A stretch of DNA of 63,035 nucleotides, counting the filler, from Octopus bimaculoides (lineage: Eukaryota): assembly GCF_001194135.2 (NCBI RefSeq). It is 6 parts of 6 records of this genome, joined end to end, with 100 filler letters (N's around TTAATTAATTAA, not from the genome) between each part and the next. Parts side by side here need not be neighbours in the genome. Positions count along the whole stretch, not along the records: positions 11,918 to 28,533 come from NC_068996.1; positions 28,634 to 45,929 come from NC_069006.1; 4 more parts are not named here. One strand, written 5' to 3'. The stretch's first letter is position 1, and each line of letters begins with the position of its first letter. A model generated the notes under the pieces. That model was not told where the DNA came from and made no database searches. It saw only the letters and a program-made list of their open reading frames with translations. The position numbers were made by a program, and so were the translations under genes. Below are positions 26,848 to 39,579 of this stretch, piece by piece.

Positions 26848-27709
26848 CAGGGTGTTTGCAATAAATTTGATGATTTTTGTTTATGCCTCCTTTTTTTTTT
26901 TTTTCTCTCAGAAACAGTTTGATGCAGTAATGTTGGAGAGCATAAATATTAAAGTTGTAATTGAGAAAAAATTAGCTGACGTGGAAGACTGGAAGCCACC
27001 TGAATGTTGGGAAAGAGTTACCTGTATCATGAGGATTTGTACCAGGTGTCAAAATGCCTACATCATGACTGTCGCTCAATGCTCTGTGAACATTATAAAG
27101 GCTATAAGAGATGACATGGACATCTTGAAAACCAAGTTTCCCCAAACTGTGGTGGTCTTTGGGTGTGCTTCTAGTGAGCGCGACATGTTCCACCCTGCAT
27201 CTTTGAACAGAGACTTAGGCTCAATTCAGACAGGTCTGTGAAGCTGCTGAAGACTGTAGATAATCCCTGACTGGAGAGGATTACTGCTGGAAGGCCATAT
27301 GTCTGGCAGCAAGATTCAGCTCCTTGCCATACCTTCAGAAAGAGTCAAAAGTGGTTGTCAAAGGATTGTATGACTTCAACAGCTCTTAATTCTTCCAACT
27401 GTAATCCCATGGATTACTATGTGTGGGGCACAGTTGACAAAGACACCAACTGCTCTGATTGTAACACCAAATCTGAGCCAGTGGCCAAGATCAAGATGTT
27501 CAAAGATCTTCCCAGGGACACAGTAACGAACACATATGCCAGGTTCTGAAGCTGTCTTGAGGCCAGGGTGGAAGCTGAGGGCAGCTACTTTGAGTAAACT
27601 ATTATCTCAGCCATTTAAAAAATTTTTTAAAGATATTTCTATCTCTAGACGGGATATTGCATTTTCTTTTCCTTTCATGCAAATTCTCAAATTTAGCCTG
27701 AACACCCTG
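26848..27709 (+). mobile_element. Internally deleted Tc1/mariner element with both TIRs and TA target duplication
   Basis: TA|cagggtgtttgcaataaatttgatga ... ttctcaaatttagcctgaacaccctg|TA; transposase pieces KTKFPQTVVVFGCASSE, WQQDSAPCHT, SNCNPMDYYVWGTV. Confidence 0.9.
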
Positions 27710-28677
27710 TATATGCATTACGTATGATATAAATCTAGTAAATATTTTATACACCCTGTATGTGTCATCACTAGCAATGATGACAGTAACAGCAGTGGCG
27801 GTGGCAACAGCACCAACATCAGCAGCAGTAATAGTGCCATCTTCAGCATTTTTTCTTTTACTTCTGCTTTTCCATGCTTGCATGTGTTGACCAGGCCTTC
27901 TCTCACACTACATTTTACCATTTGTCAGAAATGCCTTCATCGTCTTTAGGACATTCAGACTTCTTAAGATCAACCATCACTGTTTCTTCTATGCTTCTGT
28001 CTTTCACAGATTCTTTCCATTTTAATCACTAAGCATTTCTTTACCTCACTGTTATTCTCTGCATGCCTGAACCAGCACATTCCTCTTTTGTGTAAACTAC
28101 ATTAGTTTCCACAAGATAAACCTGATTATTAAACAAACCCTAACCAGAATAAATAAATACCAACTCAATCCTGGAGGCAACAAAATTGTCCAGGAATAAT
28201 GGGATGAGGCTATAGTAGAATTTGGGTTATACATCTTTAGATGTATACCTGACTTTCCTACTATAAACTTAGAATATAACGGAACGCTGAACTCCAGACT
28301 ATCAACTTAAACAACACTTTATTCAGGTGGTAAATATATACATCTTTAGTTCTTGTTGTTACAGCTTCTGTTGTTGGGACGTTGTTATGTAGGTGTGAGT
28401 GAGCTGTCGAGCGTAAGTCCGAAAGATGTAGAGAGACAGCTTAACACGTAAAGAGGCTGTCTCCAGAGTTCGAATGTTAGAGACACTCTTGACACGTCCA
28501 TTGCTCTATGCTGGCCAGCAAGAAAGAGAATGANNNNNNNNNNNNNNNNNNNNNNNNNNNNNNNNNNNNNNNNNNNNTTAATTAATTAANNNNNNNNNNN
28601 NNNNNNNNNNNNNNNNNNNNNNNNNNNNNNNNNTATATATATATATATATATGTATATATATACATAACCTCTTCAG

Positions 28678-28721
28678 TCAAGTATCGGCAGAACACCTAC
28701 AGAGTTATGTCAAGGCCTGAG
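28678..28721 (+). CDS. Candidate 44-nt internal exon of an unidentified gene
   Basis: ctcttcAG | tcaagtatcggcagaacacctacagagttatgtcaaggcctgag | GTGAGT; two open frames (SSIGRTPTELCQGL or KYRQNTYRVMSRPE). Confidence 0.4.
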
Positions 28722-30109
28722 GTGAGTAAAATTGTATCCCATCCTCTTTCACTTTCTGGACAAAGTGCCAAGCTGTTTTTGGTATCTAGGTGAGGCTGTG
28801 TTATACTAGGCTAAGGTACTTATTTCCTGAAAATGAGAGGAATAATAATGTGGATTGAAAAAGGCATTATCAATTCTTCGTGTTCCGTAATGACATAACG
28901 ATACATTCACATTTCTGTCCGAGCATCTCGCTTCCACCTGTGCCCCTCGCTGCACAGTTTTAATTCAAATCTGGTATGAAGTAAATGAGGGGCAAATTCC
29001 AAATTCCATTTTGTCACTGTGGATAAGTCACTAGTCTATCGCATAAGTTACTTTCCCGGATGATCACACTCTCGCTTCGTTTTATCCATCCGGCCACCCA
29101 CTCTATGTCAATCACACTTCACTTGAAACAAATTTTAGATCACATGGTCAATTGAATATTTATCCACTGCTCCCCCTCTTTCTCTCTCACTTCCCCCCCC
29201 TCTCTCACCCTGTCCTTCTCTCTCACGCTGTCCCCCTCTCGCATTCTGTCCCTCTCTCACCCTCTTCTCCTCTCCGCTTCTTGGTCATACCACCGATATG
29301 ACGTCACCAACAATTGATGAACCATCTTTGACGCTTAATGATGACGATGATGATGATGATAATGACGATGGTGGTGGTGATGGCGGCGGCGGCGGTGGTG
29401 NNNNNNNNNNNNNNNNNNNNNNNNNNNNNNNNNNNNNNNNNNNNNNNNNNNNNNNNNNNNNNNNNNNNNNNNNNNNNNNNNNNNNNNNNNNNNNNNNNNN
29501 NNNNNNNNNNNNNNNNNNNNNNNNNNNNNNNNNNNNNNNNNNNNNNNNNNNNNNNNNNNNNNNNNNNNNNNNNNNNNNNNNNNNNNNNNNNNNNNNNNNN
29601 NNNNNNNNNNNNNNNNNNNNNNNNNNNNNNNNNNNNNNNNNNNNNNNNNNNNNNNNNNNNNNNNNNNNNNNNNNNNNNNNNNNNNNNNNNNNNNNNNNNN
29701 NNNNNNNNNNNNNNNNNNNNNNNNNNNNNNNNNNNNNNNNNNNNNNNNNNNNNNNNNNNNNNNNNNNNNNNNNNNNNNNNNNNNNNNNNNNNNNNNNNNN
29801 NNNNNNNNNNNNNNNNNNNNNNNNNNNNNNNNNNNNNNNNNNNNNNNNNNNNNNNNNNNNNNNNNNNNNNNNNNNNNNNNNNNNNNNNNNNNNNNNNNNN
29901 NNNNNNNNNNNNNNNNNNNNNNNNNNNNNNNNNNNNNNNNNNNGGTAGTGGTAAGCGTTGCTAGGTTTGTTGGCTTCAAATAGAATAGAATAGAATGGAA
30001 CGTTTATAAACATTCGACAAAGTCAACTTCACTGTTGGCCAAGGTGACTTCCTTTGTCAGCAGACGCACAGACAGACAGACGGGCAGACAGGCAGACAGA
30101 CAGATAGAT

Positions 30110-30156
<47 letters not shown>

Positions 30157-30605
30157 CACACAATGGAGAGGGGTGGGAGGAGGGGCAAAAGTTATGTAAA
30201 CAGAGCTTTTACAGAGATTACAAAATGGCCGTGTAGCACACATTCATATATATATATGTAAATACATACATATACATACATGCATACACACACATATATA
30301 TGTATACACACACTCACATATATATGTATACACACACTCACATATATATATGCATATATATACATATATACATGCATATACATACATACGTATAAATACA
30401 TACGTACATACATACATATATATATATACACACACACATATATATGTATACACACACACACTCACACACACACATATATATATACATATATATATACACA
30501 TACATAACCTCATATGTACACAGACACGTTTCAAGATCATTCTCACGCCTAGGTATTGCTTGTATGTGGTAATTAGTGCAAATTTTTGCGCCCCCTATCT
30601 ACCTT

Positions 30606-30638
<33 letters not shown>

Positions 30639-30641
30639 ATA

Positions 30642-30695
<54 letters not shown>

Positions 30696-30815
30696 AATGT
30701 GTGTGTGTGTGTGTACTATTATTTGTTTTTATGTTCAGTTATAACTAAATCAAATTTACATTAATCTGATGGGTTAAACATTTATTATTCTTTTGCAAGA
30801 ATATTATTGACGTTA

Positions 30816-30885
30816 GTGACTTCTAGGTGACGGCTATTTCAGACACCGTCGACGATGGATTAATTGACCGAAATATCGAAGTCAC
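30816..30885 (+). ncRNA. Degenerate hammerhead-like motif
   Basis: TCGACGA tggattaattgacc GAAA TA TC gaagtc; the core has TC in place of CT and the proximal stem I is broken. Confidence 0.3.
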
Positions 30886-31092
30886 TGTCAATACACCCAC
30901 ATACACACGCACACGCACGCATTAGTGGTCAAACCATATGGGTGTCTACATTTAGCTAATTTGGAATCCACCTAGTTGTCATTCCTCTTATATGTATGTA
31001 ATGTAATTTTCTGAATCTTCAGATTTTCTTCAATATGCTAGGCCACTGGTTTAAATTAATATAATTTTTTTAGCCTTATTATTTAAATTTAC

Positions 31093-31147
<55 letters not shown>

Positions 31148-31550
31148 NNNNNNNNNNNNNNNNNNNNNNNNNNNNNNNNNNNNNNNNNNNNNNNNNNNNN
31201 NNNNNNNNNNNNNNNNNNNNNNNNNNNNNNNNNNNNNNNNNNNNNNNNNNNNNNNNNNNNNNNNNNNNNNNNNNNNNNNNNNNNNNNNNNNNNNNNNNNN
31301 NNNNNNNNNNNNNNNNNNNNNNNNNNNNNNNNNNNNNNNNNNNNNNNNNNNNNNNNNNNNNNNNNNNNNNNNNNNNNNNNNNNNNNNNNNNNNNNNNNNN
31401 NNNNNNNNNNNNNNNNNNNNNNNNNNNNNNNNNNNNNNNNNNNNNNNNNNNNNNNNNNNNNNNNNNNNNNNNNNNNNNACAATAACAAAAAAACAAAAAA
31501 CAACAAAGTGAGGACGTGATATGGATAGTATTATTGGACGCTCAGGAAAG

Positions 31551-31626
<76 letters not shown>

Positions 31627-32228
31627 TTTTATATTTACGTTTGTGTGGTATTTGAAATACATACATGTGCAGTGTTAGTAGATTCACACAGTTGGGGCTT
31701 GATCAGACTAATATAAATCTCGTAAAAACTCCAAAAAGCATAAAATAATGCTCAGAGTAAACGATCTTTGTGCAGGTGTGTACATGTAAAATATATACAT
31801 ACATATAATTGAATTTATATCTACGAAACACAAAACACGTTAACATGTGTTACAAGATTAATTTCTACAAAAGATAGGTCAACGCTTCCAGATTGCTAGA
31901 TACGGTTCTTTTACGATAAGCAGACGACTTCTTGTAAATCGCTGGTTCTTAACCGGGGCCCATATATGCCTTAGGCGTTGATATAAGATTTTTTAAGGGC
32001 CCACGAAAGCAAAATAGCAAATTGGGGACCCAGAGGAGTATTTTAAGGGTGTATGAAAACAACTAGGTTTCTGTCACTGATGGAGATGTTCTCCACGCGG
32101 GCGGTACCGCACCCAATGGGACTCTGGGCTTGTCGATGGAGGCGTTAGGCTTTAGGGGTGTTGAGTGGTGGGGCGGTGAGGAAACATAATTAACATACTA
32201 AATTTTACCTGAAGTGTAAAAAGTAGTA

Positions 32229-32561
32229 AAGATCCCCTTCGGTCATGAATGAGCATGAGATTGTACCTAGAAAGTCCCCCCTCCGAGGCACAAGTCCAGG
32301 CAAAGTTGTTTCTGGAAGACCAGCAGTCGTCAGGCATACCAGCTCCCTTCTCCATGCCACTGATGTTATCCAAGGGAAAGGCAAAGACCAGTACAGCTTG
32401 GCACCAGTAACATTGCATCTCATTTCTACAGCTGAGTGAACCGGAGCAATGTGAAACAAAGTGAGTTGCCCATGAACACAACACACAACCCAGTCTAGGA
32501 ATCGAACTCACTACCTCATAATTGTGAGACCTACACATTAACTACAGAGTCATGCGTCTTC
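32229..32561 (-). mobile_element. tRNA-derived SINE family E, full length
   Basis: Reverse head gaagacgcatgactctgtagttaatgtg...gagttcgattcc, CORE-like body ttgtgttcatgggcaactcactttgtttcacattgctccggttcactcagctgtagaaatgag. Confidence 0.85.
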
Positions 32562-33096
32562 AGTCATAAAATTTTATCTATATTAGTAATTATATAATAC
32601 ATGATAAAACTAGTAATTGTTTGATTCAGTGCCCTTGTAGCTCTCCGCTGGTTCTAGTTCCTTTATGACATTCTGCTAGTCAAGATTAACATTGGATGTT
32701 TCTGTCATTTATAAAGGCACTTTTTAATCATCAAATGGCTATGTGGGTCCATCCGAGTAAAATAGGAATGAAAGGTAAAGAAAAAAAAAGGAATTGAGAA
32801 TCACTGGGCAACCACGTGCAACCACGTCATTTCTAATTTTCTTATCTATCCGCCCACTGTTCCTAGACAGTCGAGGATTCTATGGCGAGTTCACCCGTTC
32901 GTTTGAAAGATCTTGTTTATACGCTACAAGGATTGGGTTTATATCAGCCTTCTTCACCAAGCTAACCTGTTGGGTGTGGCATTGTAGTCACCTACGGCCC
33001 AACCAACTGAACAGGTTCTACTGCATCATATGTCACCTACAGCACTCAAAGCGTTAATGAACTTTACATGCATACATACATACATACATACATACA

Positions 33097-33127
<31 letters not shown>

Positions 33128-33538
33128 TATATAATATCAGGTCGCTCCTGGTAACATGTCACCCAGTACAACATATCGCATGGTCGGGTCGTCGGTGACT
33201 AAGCCGGTAACCCTCCGCCTAGCATGCTTGGTGAGAAGGGTATGCATCTATATATACATGTAGATGTAGGTATGCACATATATGTATGTATATATGCATA
33301 TGCTCACATATCATTTGTATTATATATATATATATATATATATATAGGCATGCATGTTTTGTGTGTGTGTGTGTGTGTGTGTGTATAATACACGCACGCA
33401 CACACACACACTCACACACAGAAAACGTGCATGCCTCGAAGTGTGTCTATGTACGTGTGTATATTTGTAATTATAGATGCCCCCAATAAATTAATGTAAA
33501 ACAGTGGATGTGTTGTACTTAGTACTACTGGCTACTGT

Positions 33539-33581
<43 letters not shown>

Positions 33582-33649
33582 CAGAGAGAGAGGGATCAGA
33601 AACAGGTTAAGTGCGAAGGAAATATGCATTATTTATGATGGGCCTACAG

Positions 33650-33673
33650 TTTGAGCAGCGGTTTTTCTGGTCG
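33650..33673 (+). CDS. Candidate 24-nt micro-exon
   Basis: ggcctacAG | tttgagcagcggtttttctggtcg | GTGAGA; open as FEQRFFWS (phase 0) or LSSGFSG (phase 2). Confidence 0.25.
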
Positions 33674-34768
33674 GTGAGAAGCAGCAGACTGATTCTGTTA
33701 GTATTAAGAAAATAGAGACCTCATGTGGGGAGTTCATAAATTATCTTTACAATTAAAAAAAAAAAAGAAAAAAATGAAAACGTAAANNNNNNNNNNNNNN
33801 NNNNNNNNNNNNNNNNNNNNNNNNNNNNNNNNNNNNNNNNNNNNNNNNNNNNNNNNNNNNNNNNNNNNNNNNNNNNNNNNNNNNNNNNNNNNNNNNNNNN
33901 NNNNNNNNNNNNNNNNNNNNNNNNNNNNNNNNNNNNNNNNNNNNNNNNNNNNNNNNNNNNNNNNNNNNNNNNNNNNNNNNNNNNNNNNNNNNNNNNNNNN
34001 NNNNNNNNNNNNNNNNNNNNNNNNNNNNNNNNNNNNNNNNNNNNNNNNNNNNNNNNNNNNNNNNNNNNNNNNNNNNNNNNNNNNNNNNNNNNNNNNNNNN
34101 NNNNNNNNNNNNNNNNNNNNNNNNNNNNNNNNNNNNNNNNNNNNNNNNNNNNNNNNNNNNNNNNNNNNNNNNNNNNNNNNNNNNNNNNNNNNNNNNNNNN
34201 NNNNNNNNNNNNNNNNNNNNNNNNNNNNNNNNNNNNNNNNNNNNNNNNNNNNNNNNNNNNNNNNNNNNNNNNNNNNNNNNNNNNNNNNNNNNNNNNNNNN
34301 NNNNNNNNNNNNNNNNNNNNNNNNNNNNNNNNNNNNNNNNNNNNNNNNNNNNNNNNNNNNNNNNNNNNNNNNNNNNNNNNNNNNNNNNNNNNNNNNNNNN
34401 NNNNNNNNNNNNNNNNNNNNNNNNNNNNNNNNNNNNNNNNNNNNNNNNNNNNNNNNNNNNNNNNNNNNNNNNNNNNNNNNNNNNNNNNNNNNNNNNNNNN
34501 NNNNNNNNNNNNNNNNNNNNNNNNNNNNNNNNNNNNNNNNNNNNNNNNNNNNNNNNNNNNNNNNNNNNNNNNNNNNNNNNNNNNNNNNNNNNNNNNNNNN
34601 NNNNNNNNNNNNNNNNNNNNNNNNNNNNNNNNNNNNNNNNNNNNNNNNNNNNNNNNNNNNNNNNNNNNNNNNNNNNNNNNNNNNNNNNNNNNNNNNNNNN
34701 NNNNNNNNNNNNNNNNNNNNNNNNNNNNNNNNNNNNNNNNNNNNNNNNNNNNNNNNNNNNNNNNNNNN

Positions 34769-34834
<66 letters not shown>

Positions 34835-35922
34835 TACTTATTCCTTGAACTCAAATAAACATTACCAAAATGCCACACCCTAAATATTCTACATTCACAC
34901 ACACACACACTCACACACAAACAGAATACATATCCACACCGTCAAAATACGTGATTACAGTGCGTGCGTGCGTGCGTGCGTGTGTGAGTNNNNNNNNNNC
35001 AGTGCGTGCGTGCGTGCGTGCGTGTGTGAGTGTGTGCGTGTGTGTGTTTTGGTCTTATACACTCCTCGTTTATATACTCATCTTACCACACTCTTAGCTA
35101 TAACGTAAGTTATCATATTGAACTACTCGGTGGAATTTCAGGTGGTCGTCTGCAATGTTTCACCTGTATTATATCCTAGTAATATTGTTGCGCACTATTA
35201 TATATGTAATACAGATGCATGTTTAGTGACGTCACCCTCTTCATATACACACTTATACAGCAACCGCATAGTCTCTTATACAAGCAAGACTTGTGAACAA
35301 CTCTCTCACACACACACACACACATACACACACACACGTAAGCAAACGGGTAAAAACTCAGAAACTCTCTCCTACACCTACATACGCATTTGTATGTGTG
35401 TATGTTTGTATACATATATACATGCATATATATANNNNNNNNNNNNNNNNNNNNNNNNNNNNNNNNNNNNNNNNNNNNNNNNNNNNNNNNNNNNNNNNNN
35501 NNNNNNNNNNNNNNNNNNNNNNNNNNNNNNNNNNNNNNNNNNNNNNNNNNNNNNNNNNNNNNNNNNNNNNNNNNNNNNNNNNNNNNNNNNNNNNNNNNNN
35601 NNNNNNNNNNNNNNNNNNNNNNNNNNNNNNNNNNNNNNNNNNNNNNNNNNNNNNNNNNNNNNNNNNNNNNNNNNNNNNNNNNNNNNNNNNNNNNNNNNNN
35701 NNNNNNNNNNNNNNNNNNNNNNNNNNNNNNNNNNNNNNNNNNNNNNNNNNNNNNNNNNNNNNNNNNNNNNNNNNNNNNNNNNNNNNNNNNNNNNNNNNNN
35801 NNNNNNNNNNNNNNNNNNNNNNNNNNNNNNNNNNNNNNNNNNNNNNNNNNNNTATATATATATATATATAAATATATATATATAAATATATATATAAATA
35901 TATATATATGTATATGTATATG

Positions 35923-35953
<31 letters not shown>

Positions 35954-36040
35954 ATAGTTGACATTTACAAACCCCAACAATGTCGAAGAGAATAAAGAAC
36001 AGGTATTCGTATGTATATATATATATCGCATTTCACGAAG

Positions 36041-36101
36041 CTGCCTCTTTGACTACATCAAAGAAAGCCTCAACCTGCTACTGTCAAATTTGGATAAATA
36101 A
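36041..36101 (+). CDS. Candidate terminal coding exon (CLFDYIKESLNLLLSNLDK*)
   Basis: tttcacgaAG acceptor; amphipathic-looking peptide; AATAAA overlaps the stop; joins in frame with 28678-28721 with or without 33650-33673; no homology recognised. Confidence 0.25.
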
Positions 36102-36199
36102 ACGTTGCGTCGGTCACCGTATATCATACGAGATCACGGATAACTTCGCCTACACCTGGCCACCAAGGATACAGTTACTAACACACATGCAATACAATA

Positions 36200-36320
36200 C
36201 ACCACCACCATTATCATCATTATATCACCACCATCACAACAACCGGCACCACCGCCGCCGCCGCTGTCATCATCATCATCATCATCATCATCGTCATCAT
36301 CGTCATCATCGTAATCATCG

Positions 36321-36358
<38 letters not shown>

Positions 36359-36486
36359 GTCATCATCATCATCGTCATCATCATCATCATCGTCATCATC
36401 ATCATCATCATCACTATCCTCATCCTCATCATCACCGTCCTCATCATCGTCGTCATCATCATCATCATCATCATCACCATCATCAC

Positions 36487-36524
<38 letters not shown>

Positions 36525-36530
36525 CCCATC
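36200..36530. repeat. (CAT)n trinucleotide tract
   Basis: About 100 degenerate CAT/CGT/CAC units. Confidence 0.95.
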
Positions 36531-36778
36531 GTCGTCTGTTCTGTTGCCGTCCGCTGTTCTTTTAATAATGTCTTCGTCTTCTGCTTTGTATTGGTATGTG
36601 TGTCACCAGGACGGCAACATAATCTCTTAATTCTCCACCAACCCAAACAACTATATATTAGCAGCATCAAATAACATCAGACAATATATATTACAAGGTT
36701 AAAGATGATATAGTTTGAAATTAAATGACGCATGTAGTCTGGCTAATATGTCATATGTACATATACATGCATATACAT

Positions 36779-36812
<34 letters not shown>

Positions 36813-37534
36813 NNNNNNNNNNNNNNNNNNNNNNNNNNNNNNNNNNNNNNNNNNNNNNNNNNNNNNNNNNNNNNNNNNNNNNNNNNNNNNNNNNNNNNNN
36901 NNNNNNNNNNNNNNNNNNNNNNNNNNNNNNNNNNNNNNNNNNNNNNNNNNNNNNNNNNNNNNNNNNNNNNNNNNNNNNNNNNNNNNNNNNNNNNNNNNNN
37001 NNNNNNNNNNNNNNNNNNNNNNNNNNNNNNNNNNNNNNNNNNNNNNNNNNNNNNNNNNNNNNNNNNNNNNNNNNNNNNNNNNNNNNNNNNNNNNNNNNNN
37101 NNNNNNNNNNNNNNNNNNNNNNNNNNNNNNNNNNNNNNNNNNNNNNNNNNNNNNNNNNNNNNNNNNNNNNNNNNNNNNNNNNNNNNNNNNNNNNNNNNNN
37201 NNNNNNNNNNNNNNNNNNNNNNNNNNNNNNNNNNNNNNNNNNNNNNNNNNNNNNNNNNNNNNNNNNNNNNNNNNNNNNNNNNNNNNNNNNNNNNNNNNNN
37301 NNNNNNNNNNNNNNNNNNNNNNNNNNNNNNNNNNNNNNNNNNNNNNNNNNNNNNNNNNNNNNNNNNNNNNNNNNNNNNNNNNNNNNNNNNNNNNNNNNNN
37401 NNNNNNNNNNNNNNNNNNNNNNNNNNNNNNNNNNNNNNNNNNNNNNNNNNNNNNNNNNNNNNNNNNNNNNNNNNNNNNNNNNNNNNNNNNNNNNNNNNNN
37501 NNNNNNNNNNNNNNNNNNNNNNNNNNNNNNNNNA

Positions 37535-37945
37535 ATGGAAACACCTAGCATCATAGCATCATAATTTTGAAATATCTGTAAAACCATCAAAAGCTTGTTT
37601 ATCTTTGTTTTTTTTATTTATTATTAGTGTTGTTTAATGTTTTGCTAAAATTGCTGTTTCTTTTCAAATATCATCAGAAAAAAGGTAATTAAAATTCCTT
37701 AAAATGACAGATCTATCGGACTTTCGGAGAGGTCAAATTGTTGGTGCTCGTATGGCAGGTGCTAGCATAACGAAAACAACCGAAATGTTTGGTGTATCAA
37801 GAAGTACTGTCTCGAAAGTAACGACAGCCTTTGAGAAAGAGGGTAAAACCTCCTCGTCGAAGCAAAACTCCGAAAGAAAACCAAAGCTTTCAGATAGGAA
37901 CCGTCGGAATCTTACGCGAATTGTTTAGAAAGGACCACAAAAGTA
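37535..37945 (+). mobile_element. Tc1 transposase N-terminal (paired-like HTH) fragment with 5' UTR
   Basis: ORF 37704-37928 MTDLSDFRRGQIVGARMAGASITKTTEMFGVSRSTVSKV...SERKPKLSDRNRRNLTRIV. Confidence 0.9.
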
Positions 37946-38455
37946 TATATGTATGCATGTATGTATAAAGTCTCAGTAAGAAAACTTACGAAGCACACAA
38001 GACAATAGTTTAGCATTCAGTGACACTATCTGAGATGCGTAACGCATAAGATAAGGCAGAACTGGCAGAGAGTTTCGGAGAACTGGGGAGGCTGGTTACA
38101 TTTCAGTGCCACTGTGTTTATTACTGATGTAAATATGTATGTATGTATGTATGTGTGTATGTATTGTATGAGTGTATATAGGTGCGTATCTATGTATGAA
38201 TGTTCGTTTGTCTGTCTGTTTGTATGTATGTGTGCGTGCGTGCATGCATGTGTGCATGTATGCATGGATGCTTGTATGTCTGTATGCTTGTGTATGTGCG
38301 TGCATGTATTATGGGTGTATGTGTGTATGTATGTTTGTATGTATGTATGTGTGTATGTAATGTATTGTATACATACACACATATATAGACACACACACAC
38401 ACACACTCACTAAAATAATATACATTATATATACGTTATTATACGCATATATAGG

Positions 38456-38792
38456 TACAGGCGTAGCTGTGTGGTAAGAAGCTTGCTTTCCAGCCACACG
38501 GTTCCGGGTTCCATCCCTCTGTGTTGCACCTTGGGCAACTGCTTTCTACTATAGCCTCGGACCGACCAAAGCCTTGTTAGTAGATTTGGTGGATGGAAAC
38601 CGAAAGAAACCCGTCGTATATTTATATACGACGGGCTTCTTTCAGTTTCCGTCTACCAAAATCCACTCACAAGGCTTTGGTCGGCCTGAGGCTATAGTAG
38701 AAAGCAGTTGCCCAAGGTATCATGCTGTGGGACTGAACCCGGAACCATGTTGTTGGTAAGCAAGCTACTTACCACACAGTCACTCCTGCGCC
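38456..38792. mobile_element. Two family A SINE heads in tail-to-tail inverted orientation
   Basis: 38456-38620 (+) and 38625-38792 (-) meet at cgtatatttatatacg. Confidence 0.9.
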
Positions 38793-39579
38793 TATATATA
38801 TATATATATNNNNNNNNNNNNNNNNNNNNNNNNNNNNNNNNNNNNNNNNNNNNNNNNNNNNNNNNNNNNNNNNNNNNNNNNNNNNNNNNNNNNNNNNNNN
38901 NNNNNNNNNNNNNNNNNNNNNNNNNNNNNNNNNNNNNNNNNNNTATATATACATGAATACGTACATCATATCCATATATATGTGTGTGTTTGTGTGCGCG
39001 TCGATGTGTATGTGCGTGTATATGTGGTGTGGTGTTTATGTACATATGTGTGTGTATGTATGTATGCTGGAGTAAGATAACATTCGTCCCCTTGCCGCTG
39101 TTGGTACATGACGTCTTTATGTCGCTTATCTCGCCATAACAACAACAAACCACAGCATGCCTGATGCCAGCCTGGCTTAATACAACTGTAATAACCGAGA
39201 GAATCGGAGAAAATTCAACGTTTATCTATTGTTTCTTCTGAATGTCAATTGTTGCCAATTATTGCCCTGATTTCCTTCCTGCGATTTCTTCTCCCAGCGT
39301 CTAGCAACGTTTAAAGGACATTAAAAGACAATCGAAAAGAGAGAGATAGAGAGAGTGGGGAGAAAGTGCAAGAGACAGACAGACAGATAGAGAGGGAAGG
39401 AGAGAGAGATAGAGAGAGTGGGGAGAAAGTGCAAGAGACAGACAGAGAGGGAAGGAGAGAGAGATAGAGAGTGAAGGAGTAAGAAAGAATTACAATTATT
39501 TTCTTCAATTGCTAAGCTAACTTCAAATTTAACCTTTGACCCCGTCCTTATGACATCGGCGTAAAAACCCAGTGAGAAA

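Noticed and set aside
28265-28533. Possible solo LTR fragment (minus-strand AATAAA, LTR-like composition)
   Set aside because: Truncated by a gap, with no second LTR, PBS or TSD to support it.
33138-33245. GC-rich segment ending ...gactaagccgg, considered as an HDV-like ribozyme at a LINE 5' end
   Set aside because: I could not build P1 and P2 of the nested double pseudoknot from this copy.
34969-35040. Short exact duplication of (GTGC)n sequence
   Set aside because: It straddles a 10-N gap; assembly artefact.
36130-36170. Minus-strand LYPWWPGV resembling a PWWP motif
   Set aside because: Bounded by stops with no usable splice sites or other domain residues; likely chance.
36134-36670. 178-aa Asp-rich ORF resembling acidic biomineralisation proteins (His-rich on the other strand)
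   Set aside because: It is a (GAT/CAT)n microsatellite like those at 16.5, 25.4, 29.3 and 58.1 kb; the flanks show no signal peptide or coding pattern.
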